Notes: generated by a model not told the origin, from the sequence alone. 64,000 nt of DNA from an uncultured Agathobacter sp. (GCA_944381555.1 CALWLL010000039.1:1717-65716), one strand, 5' to 3'; positions 48,543-57,372 are shown, counted from the first letter of the stretch. Made by a program: numbers and translations.

Positions 48543-50288
48543 TTAAGCCATTCTTTTCTTGCTTACAACAGCTACTGCTACTAAAGCACATCCTGCGAAA
48601 AGGATTACTGCAACTGGCATTGTCATATCGCCTTTCGCTTCGATTTCTCCGCCTGCTGATGTGTAAGATACAAGGGTAGAACCCTGATTGTACTGTACTT
48701 TTCCATTATAGTTTCCAAATGTACCATTTACTGTAATGGTGTCACCAACTTTCAGTTTATCTACACCTGTTCCGGCTAATCTAAAGCACTGGATTGGTTT
48801 ATCTGTCATACCATCTACAACCATAGTTACGGTGATGTTCTCATACTCTTCACTGTATTCCGTATCGATAGATGTAATAACACCTGTTAATTTATATTCA
48901 CCAATCATTGGCGTGTTATTGTTCATTGCATCATAAGCTGCATTTACAATCTGTTCCGGTGTTGCATCTTCTGGTAATGTATTTTCAAGTTCACCTTTTT
49001 CTACAGCTATAAGTTCAGCGCCTTGATTGTACTGTACTTTTCCATTATAGCTTCCGAATGTACCATTTACTGTAATCGTATCACCGACCTCAAGACCATC
49101 TGCACCTGTTCCAGCTAATCTGTAACACTGGATTGGCTTATCATTCATATTACCAACAACCATTGTTACCGTAATGTTTTCAAACTGTTCGCTATATGGT
49201 GTATCAATCGATGTAATAACACCTGTTAATTTATATTCGCCAATTATCGGAGTTCCATTGTTCATTGCATCATAAGCTGCATTTACAATCTGCTCCGGCG
49301 TTGCATCATCTGGTAATGTGTTTTCAATTTCACCAGCTTTAACTTCTTCAAGTGTTGAACCTTCAACAAACCGTGGCTTACCATCTTTGCTTCCGATTTC
49401 GCCTTTAACTGTAATAATATCACCCACAGAAAGTGCTTCCAGTTTTGCTAATTCAGCCGTATCCTCTTGATTTGCAACTGTCAATCTGTAACATTTTAAT
49501 AACTTATCAGACATATCACCAACCTGAATCGTTACTGTAATATTCTTATAATTAGATGAATATGTTGTATCGATTGACGTAATAACACCCTCTAATGTCC
49601 ATGTACCCTTAAGACTAACACCTTTATCAACTGCTTCATAAGCTGCATTTACAATCTGTTCCGGTGTTGCATTTGCCGGCAGTTCAATATCTTGCGGAAC
49701 TTCTACCGTACCACTGTATTCAAATACCATGAAGTCAAACGTATATTCTTCGTTTGCATTCACAAGATTATATGTAGAATATGGAGCCCATTTATTTGTA
49801 GTACCGCTACGATAGGTAATTGCTCTCTTAGCACCTTCTTCCTCGTCTTTTGTTTTGCCGCTAAAGAATCTGAATAAATCTGTTCCTGCTTCTTCTACAA
49901 TCCACTGGTTTCCATCATCTGTATTATTCGCACCTGTCGCGAAATTAGTAGAGCTTGAATATCCTAAATAGTATGTCCCAACTGCAAGGGAAACGCCTAG
50001 CGTTGTAGATGCAACTGTCCATACCGGGATATTGCTTCCAGATAATGTGTTACCTGTGACAGTAACTTCAACCGGAGAAATTTTGCCACTGGTAACAGTA
50101 TTCATTGCATAATACGTACCGCTATTTTCTACAACGATAACAAAATTTCCTCCCTCTTTAATTGTACTTACCTCAGTGACTCTTGTGTAGGTACCTTCGG
50201 CTTTTGCATCAACTGGTGCAATAACCAAACCACCGACTACCATCAATACTGCAAGAGCAAGTGATAATGCTTTTTTGAAATGTTTCAT
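48543..50288 (-). CDS. secreted, C-terminally membrane-anchored protein with three tandem OB-like modules
   Basis: Signal peptide (..APVDAKA/EG). An N-domain of about 170 aa that I do not recognise. Three repeats of 113-122 aa (PEQIVNAAY...L[TE]GVITSIDT.YS..[YF].NITVT...C[YF]RL...VGD.ITV.G). A C-terminal TM helix plus a KKR tail, with no LPXTG. Confidence 0.7.
   Translation of the reverse strand: MKHFKKALSLALAVLMVVGGLVIAPVDAKAEGTYTRVTEVSTIKEGGNFVIVVENSGTYYAMNTVTSGKISPVEVTVTGNTLSGSNIPVWTVASTTLGVSLAVGTYYLGYSSSTNFATGANNTDDGNQWIVEEAGTDLFRFFSGKTKDEEEGAKRAITYRSGTTNKWAPYSTYNLVNANEEYTFDFMVFEYSGTVEVPQDIELPANATPEQIVNAAYEAVDKGVSLKGTWTLEGVITSIDTTYSSNYKNITVTIQVGDMSDKLLKCYRLTVANQEDTAELAKLEALSVGDIITVKGEIGSKDGKPRFVEGSTLEEVKAGEIENTLPDDATPEQIVNAAYDAMNNGTPIIGEYKLTGVITSIDTPYSEQFENITVTMVVGNMNDKPIQCYRLAGTGADGLEVGDTITVNGTFGSYNGKVQYNQGAELIAVEKGELENTLPEDATPEQIVNAAYDAMNNNTPMIGEYKLTGVITSIDTEYSEEYENITVTMVVDGMTDKPIQCFRLAGTGVDKLKVGDTITVNGTFGNYNGKVQYNQGSTLVSYTSAGGEIEAKGDMTMPVAVILFAGCALVAVAVVSKKRMA
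48632..49676. repeat. intragenic tandem DNA repeat (339- and 366-bp periods)
   Basis: The string TCATAAGCTGCATTTACAATCTG recurs at 48931, 49270 and 49636. Long near-identical stretches join repeats 2 and 3. Confidence 0.85.
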
Positions 50289-50444
50289 TTCATATTCCTC
50301 CTTTTATTATATGCTAGTTTATCTAGTCACTATATTTGTATCATAGCAAAATATTTCCATATTTGCAATGTGAATCAATTGATTTTACAAGGAATTTACA
50401 GACTATTATCTTTAAACTTTACGGATTGCATTCTTATGATTAAG

Positions 50445-50475
50445 GGTTTTATCCGCTCTCTTTCTATGCTATAAT
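50445..50475 (+). promoter_or_regulatory. extended -10 promoter of the small ORF-nuclease pair
   Basis: TGcTATAAT at 50467-50475. The -35 is weak. Confidence 0.4.
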
Positions 50476-50512
50476 TATATTGCGCAAAAGTCTGAAGATA
50501 TAGGGGAGAAAA

Positions 50513-50941
50513 ATGATTGTATTTATCGCATTAGATGACAACAATGGCATGATGTTTAATAACCGCAGACAAAGCCAGGACCGCATTATTCGTCAGCATA
50601 TGCTGGATGATTGCCGTAATTCCACACTTTGGATAGCCGAATACAGTAAAAAGCTGTTTCTATCCGAAGATGATACATCTTTGCCTGACAATCTGATAGT
50701 GGATGACGACTTTTTAAACAAAGCCGGAATTGACGACTATTGTTTTGTTGAAAATCGTCCTTTAAAAGCATACATAGATAAAATTCATACACTCGTTATT
50801 TTTAAATGGAATCGTATCTATCCTGCTGATTTACACTTTGACTCCTCAATATTAAATAATGGCTGGAATAAAATTTTTACTACAGAATTTGTAGGTTCCT
50901 CACACGATTTAATTACTAAGGAGGTATGGAAACGTGCATAA
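50513..50941 (+). CDS. small cytoplasmic protein, translationally coupled to the nuclease gene (candidate nuclease inhibitor; faint DHFR-like N-terminus)
   Basis: 142-aa ORF with a GGGGAG RBS and no signal peptide. Its stop overlaps the nuclease GTG (GTGCATAA). The N-terminus MIVFIALDDNNGMMFNNRR is reminiscent of a DHFR-fold beta1-loop. Confidence 0.6.
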   Translation: MIVFIALDDNNGMMFNNRRQSQDRIIRQHMLDDCRNSTLWIAEYSKKLFLSEDDTSLPDNLIVDDDFLNKAGIDDYCFVENRPLKAYIDKIHTLVIFKWNRIYPADLHFDSSILNNGWNKIFTTEFVGSSHDLITKEVWKRA

Positions 50942-52274
50942 AATGCAGAAAAAACGGAATATTCTTTTGTCTGCCGGAAAAAAACTTAAGTTGTCTACAC
51001 TTCGTATACTTCTGACAATTATTCTTCTGCTTGTTCCTTTAGCCGCTTGTGGCAACACTAATGATTCGGAAGATACATCATCCGTTTCATCTGAGTCTGA
51101 AACCGAAAGTAAATCACTTTCGGATTCCGAAATCGAACACGAGTCCGAAAGCGATACAAGTTCCAAGACAGAGTCAGAGAGTGATACAACGCCGGAAACG
51201 GAGCCGGAATCTGAGAAAGAACCGGAATCAGAATCCCAAAAGCCGGACGCCGGAAACAAAACGGACAATAGTGACAACAACGATAATACCGGTAATAACG
51301 ATAATACGGATATTAACGACAATACTGGTAATAAGGATAATACTGATAATAACGATAATGCCGGCAATAATGATAATAATGGCAACACCGGTAATAACGA
51401 TAACACCAGTAATAACGATAATAATGGTGATACAGGCAGTCAGAATGGCGGAAGCAATACCAGCAAAGATTTAAATACTCCGGGGATTTCCCTTTCCGAT
51501 ATTCCGGCATATTCTAAGGATTATTATATTGTATTAAACAATAATACTCCTCACTTTGCCACAGATAATCTGGCTGCGGATTGCTATGAATTTTATAGCC
51601 CTCTCGATTCTCTTGGCAGATGCGGCGTAGCATATGCCTGCCTCGGTACAGACCTTTTACCTACCGAAGATCGCGGAAGCATTAGCAGCGTAAAGCCAAG
51701 CGGATGGCATTCGACCTCATATTCCTGCGTACCGGGTGGCTCGCTCTACAACCGCAGTCACCTGATTGCATTTTCTCTGGCTGGAGAAAATGCAAATGAG
51801 AGCAATCTTATTTCAGGTACACAGCACTTGAATCAGATTGAAATGCAGAAATTTGAAAACTTAGTTCTGGATTATATCAAAGAAACCGGAAACCATGTTC
51901 TTTACAGAGTTACTCCTTTCTTTGAAGGAAATAACTTAATTGCAACCGGCGTACAGATGGAAGGCTGGTCTATTGAGGATAATGGTGAAGACATCTGCTT
52001 TAACGTGTTCATCTATAATGTGCAGGATGGCATCTCCATTGACTATGCTACCGGTGCAAGCTACGAAACAAATCCGGGCGACGATACTACGAGTGATGTT
52101 CCGGAAGATGCCTTGTATGTAGTAAATGGTAACAATGGAAAAATCCACAAGATTACTTGTGGTAATGCAAAGGGATTATCAAAACCTATTTATTGCAGAA
52201 CATTAGAAGAAGCCGAGGCAGAATCTGCCAAATTAGAAGGCTCTGCACAATATGCAGGCTGCTGTATGAAATAA
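50934..52274 (+). CDS. NucA/EndA-type non-specific DNA/RNA endonuclease lipoprotein (DNA-entry-nuclease family)
   Basis: GTG start 9 nt after AAGGAGG. Lipobox PLAAC. A low-complexity linker of about 120 aa. The C-terminal domain has LDSLGRCGVAYACLG, SSVKPSGWH, YNRSHLIAFSLAGENANESNLISGTQHLNQ and VLYRVTPFFEGNNLIATGVQMEGWSIED. Confidence 0.75.
   Translation: MHKMQKKRNILLSAGKKLKLSTLRILLTIILLLVPLAACGNTNDSEDTSSVSSESETESKSLSDSEIEHESESDTSSKTESESDTTPETEPESEKEPESESQKPDAGNKTDNSDNNDNTGNNDNTDINDNTGNKDNTDNNDNAGNNDNNGNTGNNDNTSNNDNNGDTGSQNGGSNTSKDLNTPGISLSDIPAYSKDYYIVLNNNTPHFATDNLAADCYEFYSPLDSLGRCGVAYACLGTDLLPTEDRGSISSVKPSGWHSTSYSCVPGGSLYNRSHLIAFSLAGENANESNLISGTQHLNQIEMQKFENLVLDYIKETGNHVLYRVTPFFEGNNLIATGVQMEGWSIEDNGEDICFNVFIYNVQDGISIDYATGASYETNPGDDTTSDVPEDALYVVNGNNGKIHKITCGNAKGLSKPIYCRTLEEAEAESAKLEGSAQYAGCCMK
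51060..51440 (+). repeat. low-complexity coding repeat (SE/TE-rich, then DN-rich)
   Basis: Encodes SESETESKSLSDSEIEHESESD...TEPESEKEPESES, then (N/D)NDNTGNNDNT-type iterations. The DNA is built from GATAAT/AACGAT units. Confidence 0.85.
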
Positions 52275-52285
52275 CTGTAATTTTA

Positions 52286-52340
52286 AAATCCCCCTTGAAA
52301 ATGTATATCCCTTGACGGGAACATTTTAAGGGGGATTATT
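52286..52340 (+). terminator. long hairpin terminator after the nuclease gene
   Basis: TCCCCCTTGAAAATGT/ACATTTTAAGGGGGA forms a stem of about 15 bp with one bulge, followed by TTATTTCATATTTTT. Confidence 0.7.
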
Positions 52341-52386
52341 TCATATTTTTATTCTTTTCTATCCATCTGATTAGTTATATGTCTTC

Positions 52387-52642
52387 ATGGTAAGAAAAAG
52401 CTTGTTTAATTCCATCTTATCTCTGCCCATAAGAGAAAAAATTGTAGTTAATGGTAAGAATTTCTTAGCAAATTAATGGTATTTTTCTACCCATAAATAG
52501 TACATTTTTATTCTATGGTTAGAAATTCTTTATGAAAATAATGAATTTTTCTAACCATATGTAGCTTTTCAATGCGCTATGGTTAGAAATCACACATTAT
52601 ATGCAGCCGTTATGAAATAAACCAGCCGCTTTTTGTTTATAC
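52387..52642. repeat. degenerate tandem repeat with exact 64-bp period (about 4 units), each unit carrying an inverted-repeat pair
   Basis: ATGGT(A/T)AGAA starts at 52387, 52451, 52515 and 52579. The partner (T)TTCT(A/-)(A/C)CCAT ends at 52430, 52494 and 52558. Unit 3 forms a hairpin with arms of about 16 nt, TATGGTTAGAAATTC...GAATTTTTCTAACCATA. Confidence 0.85.
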
Positions 52643-52674
52643 AAAAAGACTGCCAGCCACAACTATGGCTGGCA
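52642..52674 (-). terminator. terminator after the OB-repeat lipoprotein gene (end of the ABC-nuclease operon)
   Basis: Stem GCCAGCC/GGCTGGC with an 8-nt loop, followed by CTTTTT on the minus strand. Confidence 0.65.
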
Positions 52675-52743
52675 ATCTAATATTAAATCTGTCTTTACAA
52701 TCTTTCTTGTTTTACAGCAATCTCTATTACTATGTACTTTAAA

Positions 52744-54519
52744 TTATTCTGTTACCAACTGACATCCTGAATTAAATTCAATCGTTCCCTTATAGTTAAT
52801 GATTGTACCTGTAACCTTGATAGTATCACCAACTTTAATTGTATCAGCGCCATCGCCCTTCAAACGGTAACACATAATTGGTTTATCAGCCAAATCACCA
52901 ATCTGAATCGTAACAGTTACGTTCTTATACTGGTCGCTATATTCCGTATCTACGCTAGTGATAACACCTTCTAATGTTACATCTCCCTTAAGGGCTGCAC
53001 CTTCAGATAATGTATAAGCAAGATTTACAATATCTGCCTGAGAAGCGCCAGAAGGAACCTCAAGGTCTTTTGAAGCCTCACCATATTCTAAAATCTCATC
53101 TAAATTACATCCTGAATCAAATTCGATAGTTCCGTTATAGTTTTTAATAGCTCCTGTAACTTTAATTTTAGCACCTTCCGTAATTTCAGCCGCTTTACCT
53201 CCTGATAAACGATAGCACTCAATTAAATTGTCTTTCAAGTCACCAACCTGAATAACAACTGTTATGTTCTTATATTGTTCACTATAACGCTCTTTAACCT
53301 TTGTAACAACACCGGTTAATGTCCATGTCTTATCTTTGCTTCCGCCAAGATAAGCACCTGCTTTCAGCTCATAAGCCGCTTTAACAATTTCTTCCGGTGT
53401 GGAAGGCGTTGTGTCTACTGGTTCACTGCTTTGCGTCTCAGATGATGGTTCCTCAGATGATGGTTCTTCACCTGAACCGCCTGTTGTATAAGCATCCAGT
53501 GTACATCCTGCATCAAATTCGATTGTACCCTTATAGTTCTTAAGAATACCGGTTACTGTGATTGTGTCACCAACTTTAACGGTGTCTGCACCCTCACCTT
53601 TCATACAGTAGCACATAATCGGCTTATCCGCTTTATCACCAACCTGAATGGTTACGGTTACGTTCTGATACTCGTCACTGTATTCTGTGTCAACAGATGT
53701 GATAACACCTGTTAATGTCTGGTTGTCAGTAAGCTGTGTGCCGGATTCCAATGTATAAGCAATATCAACGATTTCTGCCATTGTTGCGCCCGCAGGAACT
53801 GTTGGAATTGTAACTTCCGGTGCATCTCCGACAACTACATTGTCAAGTGTACATCCTGCGTCAAATTCAATTGTACCGTTGTAATTCATTAATGTACCTG
53901 TAACGGTAATAGTATCACCAACTTTGATAGTGCTTGCAGCAGTAACGCCTTCGCCATCTTTCAAGCGGAAACACATAATTGGCTTATCTTTTAAATCACC
54001 TATCTGAATGGTTACGGTTACGTTCTTATACTCGTCACTATATGGAGTATCTACGCTTACAATAACACCTTCTAAGGTATATGTGCCCTCTAAGGAGGCA
54101 CCTGATTCTAATGCATAAGCATCATTTACGATTGATTCATAGCCTTCAAATTTTGGTACAGTGTACTTAAATTCTTTTTTCACACTGTTTCCGTCTGCAT
54201 CTTTAACAGTCGCTGTTAAAACATATGCAACTTCTTCTGCGCTCTTTTCATCTACATTAATAGTTGCAATTTTATCCTCAACAGTTACGGTAACTGCTTC
54301 GTTGTCAGTTGTCCATTCAACTGTATACGCAGTGTTATCAATCATAACCTGCGTTACACGCTCATAGTCTTTCGCTGTTACAACACCTGCGTCTTTATAC
54401 ATTGCGTATACATAATCCGCAGCGGCCTGAAGGTCTTCGCTTACCTTTTCTCCGCCACATCCCGCAAGAGTTGATACACACATTAAAGTAACAAGTAAAT
54501 ATGCAATAATTTTTTTCAT
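52744..54519 (-). CDS. lipoprotein with four tandem OB-like modules
   Basis: Lipobox TLAGC. An N-domain of about 100 aa. Four repeats of 110-125 aa (AY.L..G..L....TL.GVITSVDTEYS..Y.NVTVTIQ[IV]GD..DKPIMC[YF]R[LM]...VGDTI.VTG....Y.GTIEF..GC.L). Confidence 0.7.
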   Translation of the reverse strand: MKKIIAYLLVTLMCVSTLAGCGGEKVSEDLQAAADYVYAMYKDAGVVTAKDYERVTQVMIDNTAYTVEWTTDNEAVTVTVEDKIATINVDEKSAEEVAYVLTATVKDADGNSVKKEFKYTVPKFEGYESIVNDAYALESGASLEGTYTLEGVIVSVDTPYSDEYKNVTVTIQIGDLKDKPIMCFRLKDGEGVTAASTIKVGDTITVTGTLMNYNGTIEFDAGCTLDNVVVGDAPEVTIPTVPAGATMAEIVDIAYTLESGTQLTDNQTLTGVITSVDTEYSDEYQNVTVTIQVGDKADKPIMCYCMKGEGADTVKVGDTITVTGILKNYKGTIEFDAGCTLDAYTTGGSGEEPSSEEPSSETQSSEPVDTTPSTPEEIVKAAYELKAGAYLGGSKDKTWTLTGVVTKVKERYSEQYKNITVVIQVGDLKDNLIECYRLSGGKAAEITEGAKIKVTGAIKNYNGTIEFDSGCNLDEILEYGEASKDLEVPSGASQADIVNLAYTLSEGAALKGDVTLEGVITSVDTEYSDQYKNVTVTIQIGDLADKPIMCYRLKGDGADTIKVGDTIKVTGTIINYKGTIEFNSGCQLVTE

Positions 54520-54537
54520 AGTGAGTTCCCTCTTTAA

Positions 54538-55884
54538 TTATTTAACAATAATATTGTTCGCTGAAAATACTTTAATCTGGTAATCACCGCTAAAGTAATC
54601 TACGATTCCCTTCACGTCAATCGTTTTGCCCATGTAAGCATCCTCTGTGATTAAGCTGCCATTATCATCATAAAGTACACCGGTACGTACCGATACGGTT
54701 AATCCGTCAACTTCACAAGTCAATGTCATAGCACCTTTTGAAGAACTTTCTTCATTTGTTGTGGTATATACATCAACTACCTTAAGATTTTCCATGGAAA
54801 TCGTTGTACCAAGAGCAAGCTCTGCATACTCAAAGGTCTGCTTCTCTTCCCCAACCAATACATCAACAGTACCATTTAAGAATGTATCTGCATCCGTCAG
54901 GACATACGCAGCCTCATTTCCAGTACTTAATTCCTGAATATTGCCCGGATCATCCGGTTTCATGATACGATAGGATACATCTGCAATCTGCCATGTTCCG
55001 CCTGTTTCATAGTACTGTAAGGAACCAACAATGCGAACCTCATTACCAATACTTAAAATCTCAAGACCTTTTCCAGACAGGTTAAAGCCATAGTAAATTG
55101 CAAATCCGTAGTACATATCTGTTTCCGGATCGTATTCCTCTACATATACGCTATTATTTCCATTATTGGTTGTAACAATACCATTAAAAGCAACTTTCAT
55201 ACCATTATAGGCATCTGTATTTGTTCGTAACTCTTTTAATGTGAGTTCAACTGTATCTCCATAATAGAAATCCGGATCCTTTTCACCGGAATTGATATTG
55301 AGTTTCTGTTCTTTTGCCTGATTGATAGCATTAATGCATACGCTGCCATAGCTGTTATTGGCAGAATTGCTTGCAATTGCAAGTCCTTCCTGAAGAATCT
55401 CAATATTTAAGTTCCTGTATTCTTCTGAATCTGCTGTTTTGTACCACACCCATACAAGATATCTGTCACCTGTTGAATCCGCATTCCAATTTGCATCATC
55501 CGACTCAATAACGATTGATGTTGCGCTTTCTAACTTCTCTCTGGTAAATCTGGAAGCCTTCTTACCCCATTCTTCAATCTTTCCTGTAGATTCAGGCGTA
55601 TTGATTCCGAGGTATCTTGCTTTTAAAACACCAGTTGAGATTACGCTGGTAGGCACATTAAAATGTGTTGTGTCGCCATCTACGAAAGTTTTAACTGTTG
55701 CTTCTGTCTTTGCGGTTGAAGATGACATATCCAGTTTTACGGAAGCCGCATAATCTACAATTTCTTTATTTGACTCCGAACCGGTTTCAGATTCCGAACT
55801 ATCAGGGTTATTAGTGCCGCTACAACCACCCAGAAGGGTGATTGTCAGGCACAGCATTAAAATAATTGATAATTTTTTCAACAT
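54538..55884 (-). CDS. thermonuclease (SNase-fold) lipoprotein with two C-terminal OB-like domains
   Basis: ATG at 55884 (MLKKLSIIL...LLGGC lipobox), 1 nt after the SBP stop. SNase motifs are VDGDTTHF, ARYLGINTPES, GDRYLVWVW and NIEILQEGLA. The C-terminal half has two YhcR-type OB-like segments. Confidence 0.8.
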   Translation of the reverse strand: MLKKLSIILMLCLTITLLGGCSGTNNPDSSESETGSESNKEIVDYAASVKLDMSSSTAKTEATVKTFVDGDTTHFNVPTSVISTGVLKARYLGINTPESTGKIEEWGKKASRFTREKLESATSIVIESDDANWNADSTGDRYLVWVWYKTADSEEYRNLNIEILQEGLAIASNSANNSYGSVCINAINQAKEQKLNINSGEKDPDFYYGDTVELTLKELRTNTDAYNGMKVAFNGIVTTNNGNNSVYVEEYDPETDMYYGFAIYYGFNLSGKGLEILSIGNEVRIVGSLQYYETGGTWQIADVSYRIMKPDDPGNIQELSTGNEAAYVLTDADTFLNGTVDVLVGEEKQTFEYAELALGTTISMENLKVVDVYTTTNEESSSKGAMTLTCEVDGLTVSVRTGVLYDDNGSLITEDAYMGKTIDVKGIVDYFSGDYQIKVFSANNIIVK

Positions 55885-55885
55885 A

Positions 55886-57304
55886 TTATTCATTGTATTC
55901 ACATTCGTCAATTGCATCTGCAAACGCTTCCTTAATCAAAGCGTCTACGTCTGATGTTTCTGCTGATAAACATTTGGTTAATAAAGCTCCCACTTCATCA
56001 CGAGCGGTTGAAGAACCGTTAAATGCAGGGGATGTATAGTATGCTTCTTCCTGTTCCATACAGATTTTTGCAGAAAGCGCTGCGATATTATCTCCGCCGT
56101 CTGCGCTGTCTAAGAATGCTTTATAGCCTTCATGCTCTGCTACTGACTTCAGTACTGGAACATATCCGGATGCTGATGAAAATTCTGCCTGGAAGTCTAC
56201 ATTAGTTGTTAAGAATTTTACAAATAACCAGGAAGCAATTACCTCCTGTGGATTTTCCTTCTGGAAAATACACAAGCTTGGTCCCTGGGAAATTACTTTT
56301 GGATTTTCCGGATCCGCCTGTGGGATTGTAGCAATACCTACTTCAAATGGATAATTTCCATCTTCACCTTTGGCTGGACGCTGGTGTGTAGCACCTGCGG
56401 AGGAACCGATTGACATATAGCTTGTTGCGCTTGACGGATCAGAGTTTGTGAAAAGACCTGATGTATAAGCGCCGTAAAGTGTCTGTGTTGTTAAAAGACC
56501 AGACTGATACCATTCTCTGAATTCTTTTACGAATGCATGATTTTCTTCATTATCAAAGAGGTAGTGATCGCCTGTTGCGCTTGTATAATCTGTACCAAGC
56601 TGTTCGCACATTGTAATGAACCAGTTTGCCTCACTATCGTATCCAAGCGGAATAGATGTTGGATCGATTTCTTTGATTTTCTTACATAATGCTTCTAATT
56701 CATCCCAGGTTTTTGGAACTGATAAATTGTTTTCTTCAAAGAATGTCTTATTGTAGTAAAGAACCTCTGTTGATTTTGACAATGGCAATGTGTACATTAA
56801 GTCATCACCAAACTCTTTACCTTCGTTGTAATAACCTGCGATAAAGTCATCAATCTGCTCCTTGGTAAGACCAAGTGTTTCAGTTGTTCCGTCAGCTCTT
56901 GTTACAACCTCTTCACTTGCGATTAAGTTATCCAGTGTAACTACTGCTTTAGAGATGTTGTACATAGCAACGTGGTCCGGATAACAATAAGCAATATTCG
57001 GCTGAGCGCCGGTTGTAATCTGGGTTGCAATCTGTTCACGAACATCATCATAGCTGCCTACCTGTTCGTGTACGATATGAATATTTGGATAAAGCTTATT
57101 GAACTCTGCAATATAAAGGTCAAGTACGTCTCTTAAGTTCTGACCCATTGTATGATAGAAAGTAATCGTTACTTCACTTCCATCATAGCCGCCTTCCGGA
57201 ACATCGAAGTTCGCTGTTGCATTTCCTGATCCTGTGCCACAGCCTGCAAGCATGCTAACTGCCATTACAAGCACCAGGAGCATAGATAAAATACGTTTTT
57301 TCAT
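55886..57304 (-). CDS. ABC transporter solute-binding lipoprotein (family 1, sugar/CUT1 type)
   Basis: 472-aa ORF with lipobox MLAGC. Its overall character matches family-1 extracellular SBPs. Confidence 0.8.
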   Translation of the reverse strand: MKKRILSMLLVLVMAVSMLAGCGTGSGNATANFDVPEGGYDGSEVTITFYHTMGQNLRDVLDLYIAEFNKLYPNIHIVHEQVGSYDDVREQIATQITTGAQPNIAYCYPDHVAMYNISKAVVTLDNLIASEEVVTRADGTTETLGLTKEQIDDFIAGYYNEGKEFGDDLMYTLPLSKSTEVLYYNKTFFEENNLSVPKTWDELEALCKKIKEIDPTSIPLGYDSEANWFITMCEQLGTDYTSATGDHYLFDNEENHAFVKEFREWYQSGLLTTQTLYGAYTSGLFTNSDPSSATSYMSIGSSAGATHQRPAKGEDGNYPFEVGIATIPQADPENPKVISQGPSLCIFQKENPQEVIASWLFVKFLTTNVDFQAEFSSASGYVPVLKSVAEHEGYKAFLDSADGGDNIAALSAKICMEQEEAYYTSPAFNGSSTARDEVGALLTKCLSAETSDVDALIKEAFADAIDECEYNE

Positions 57305-57372
57305 CTCTTTTTTTCCTCCCTCATAAAATAAAGTAAGATGATATATGTTACAGGCATATAAAATTCTGCCTA

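Noticed and set aside
50909-51406. 165-aa minus-strand ORF with LSLLPVLS repeats, and the alternative-frame plus-strand ORF at 51049-51474.
   Set aside because: Both are artefacts of the low-complexity SE/DN-coding repeat in the nuclease gene. Any frame stays open across such repeats.
52387-52642. CRISPR-array interpretation of the 64-bp periodic repeat.
   Set aside because: The period fits CRISPR, but the conserved parts are two short separated blocks (10 and about 15 nt) rather than one contiguous 28-37-nt repeat. The units are degenerate, there are only about 4 of them, and no cas genes are in the window.
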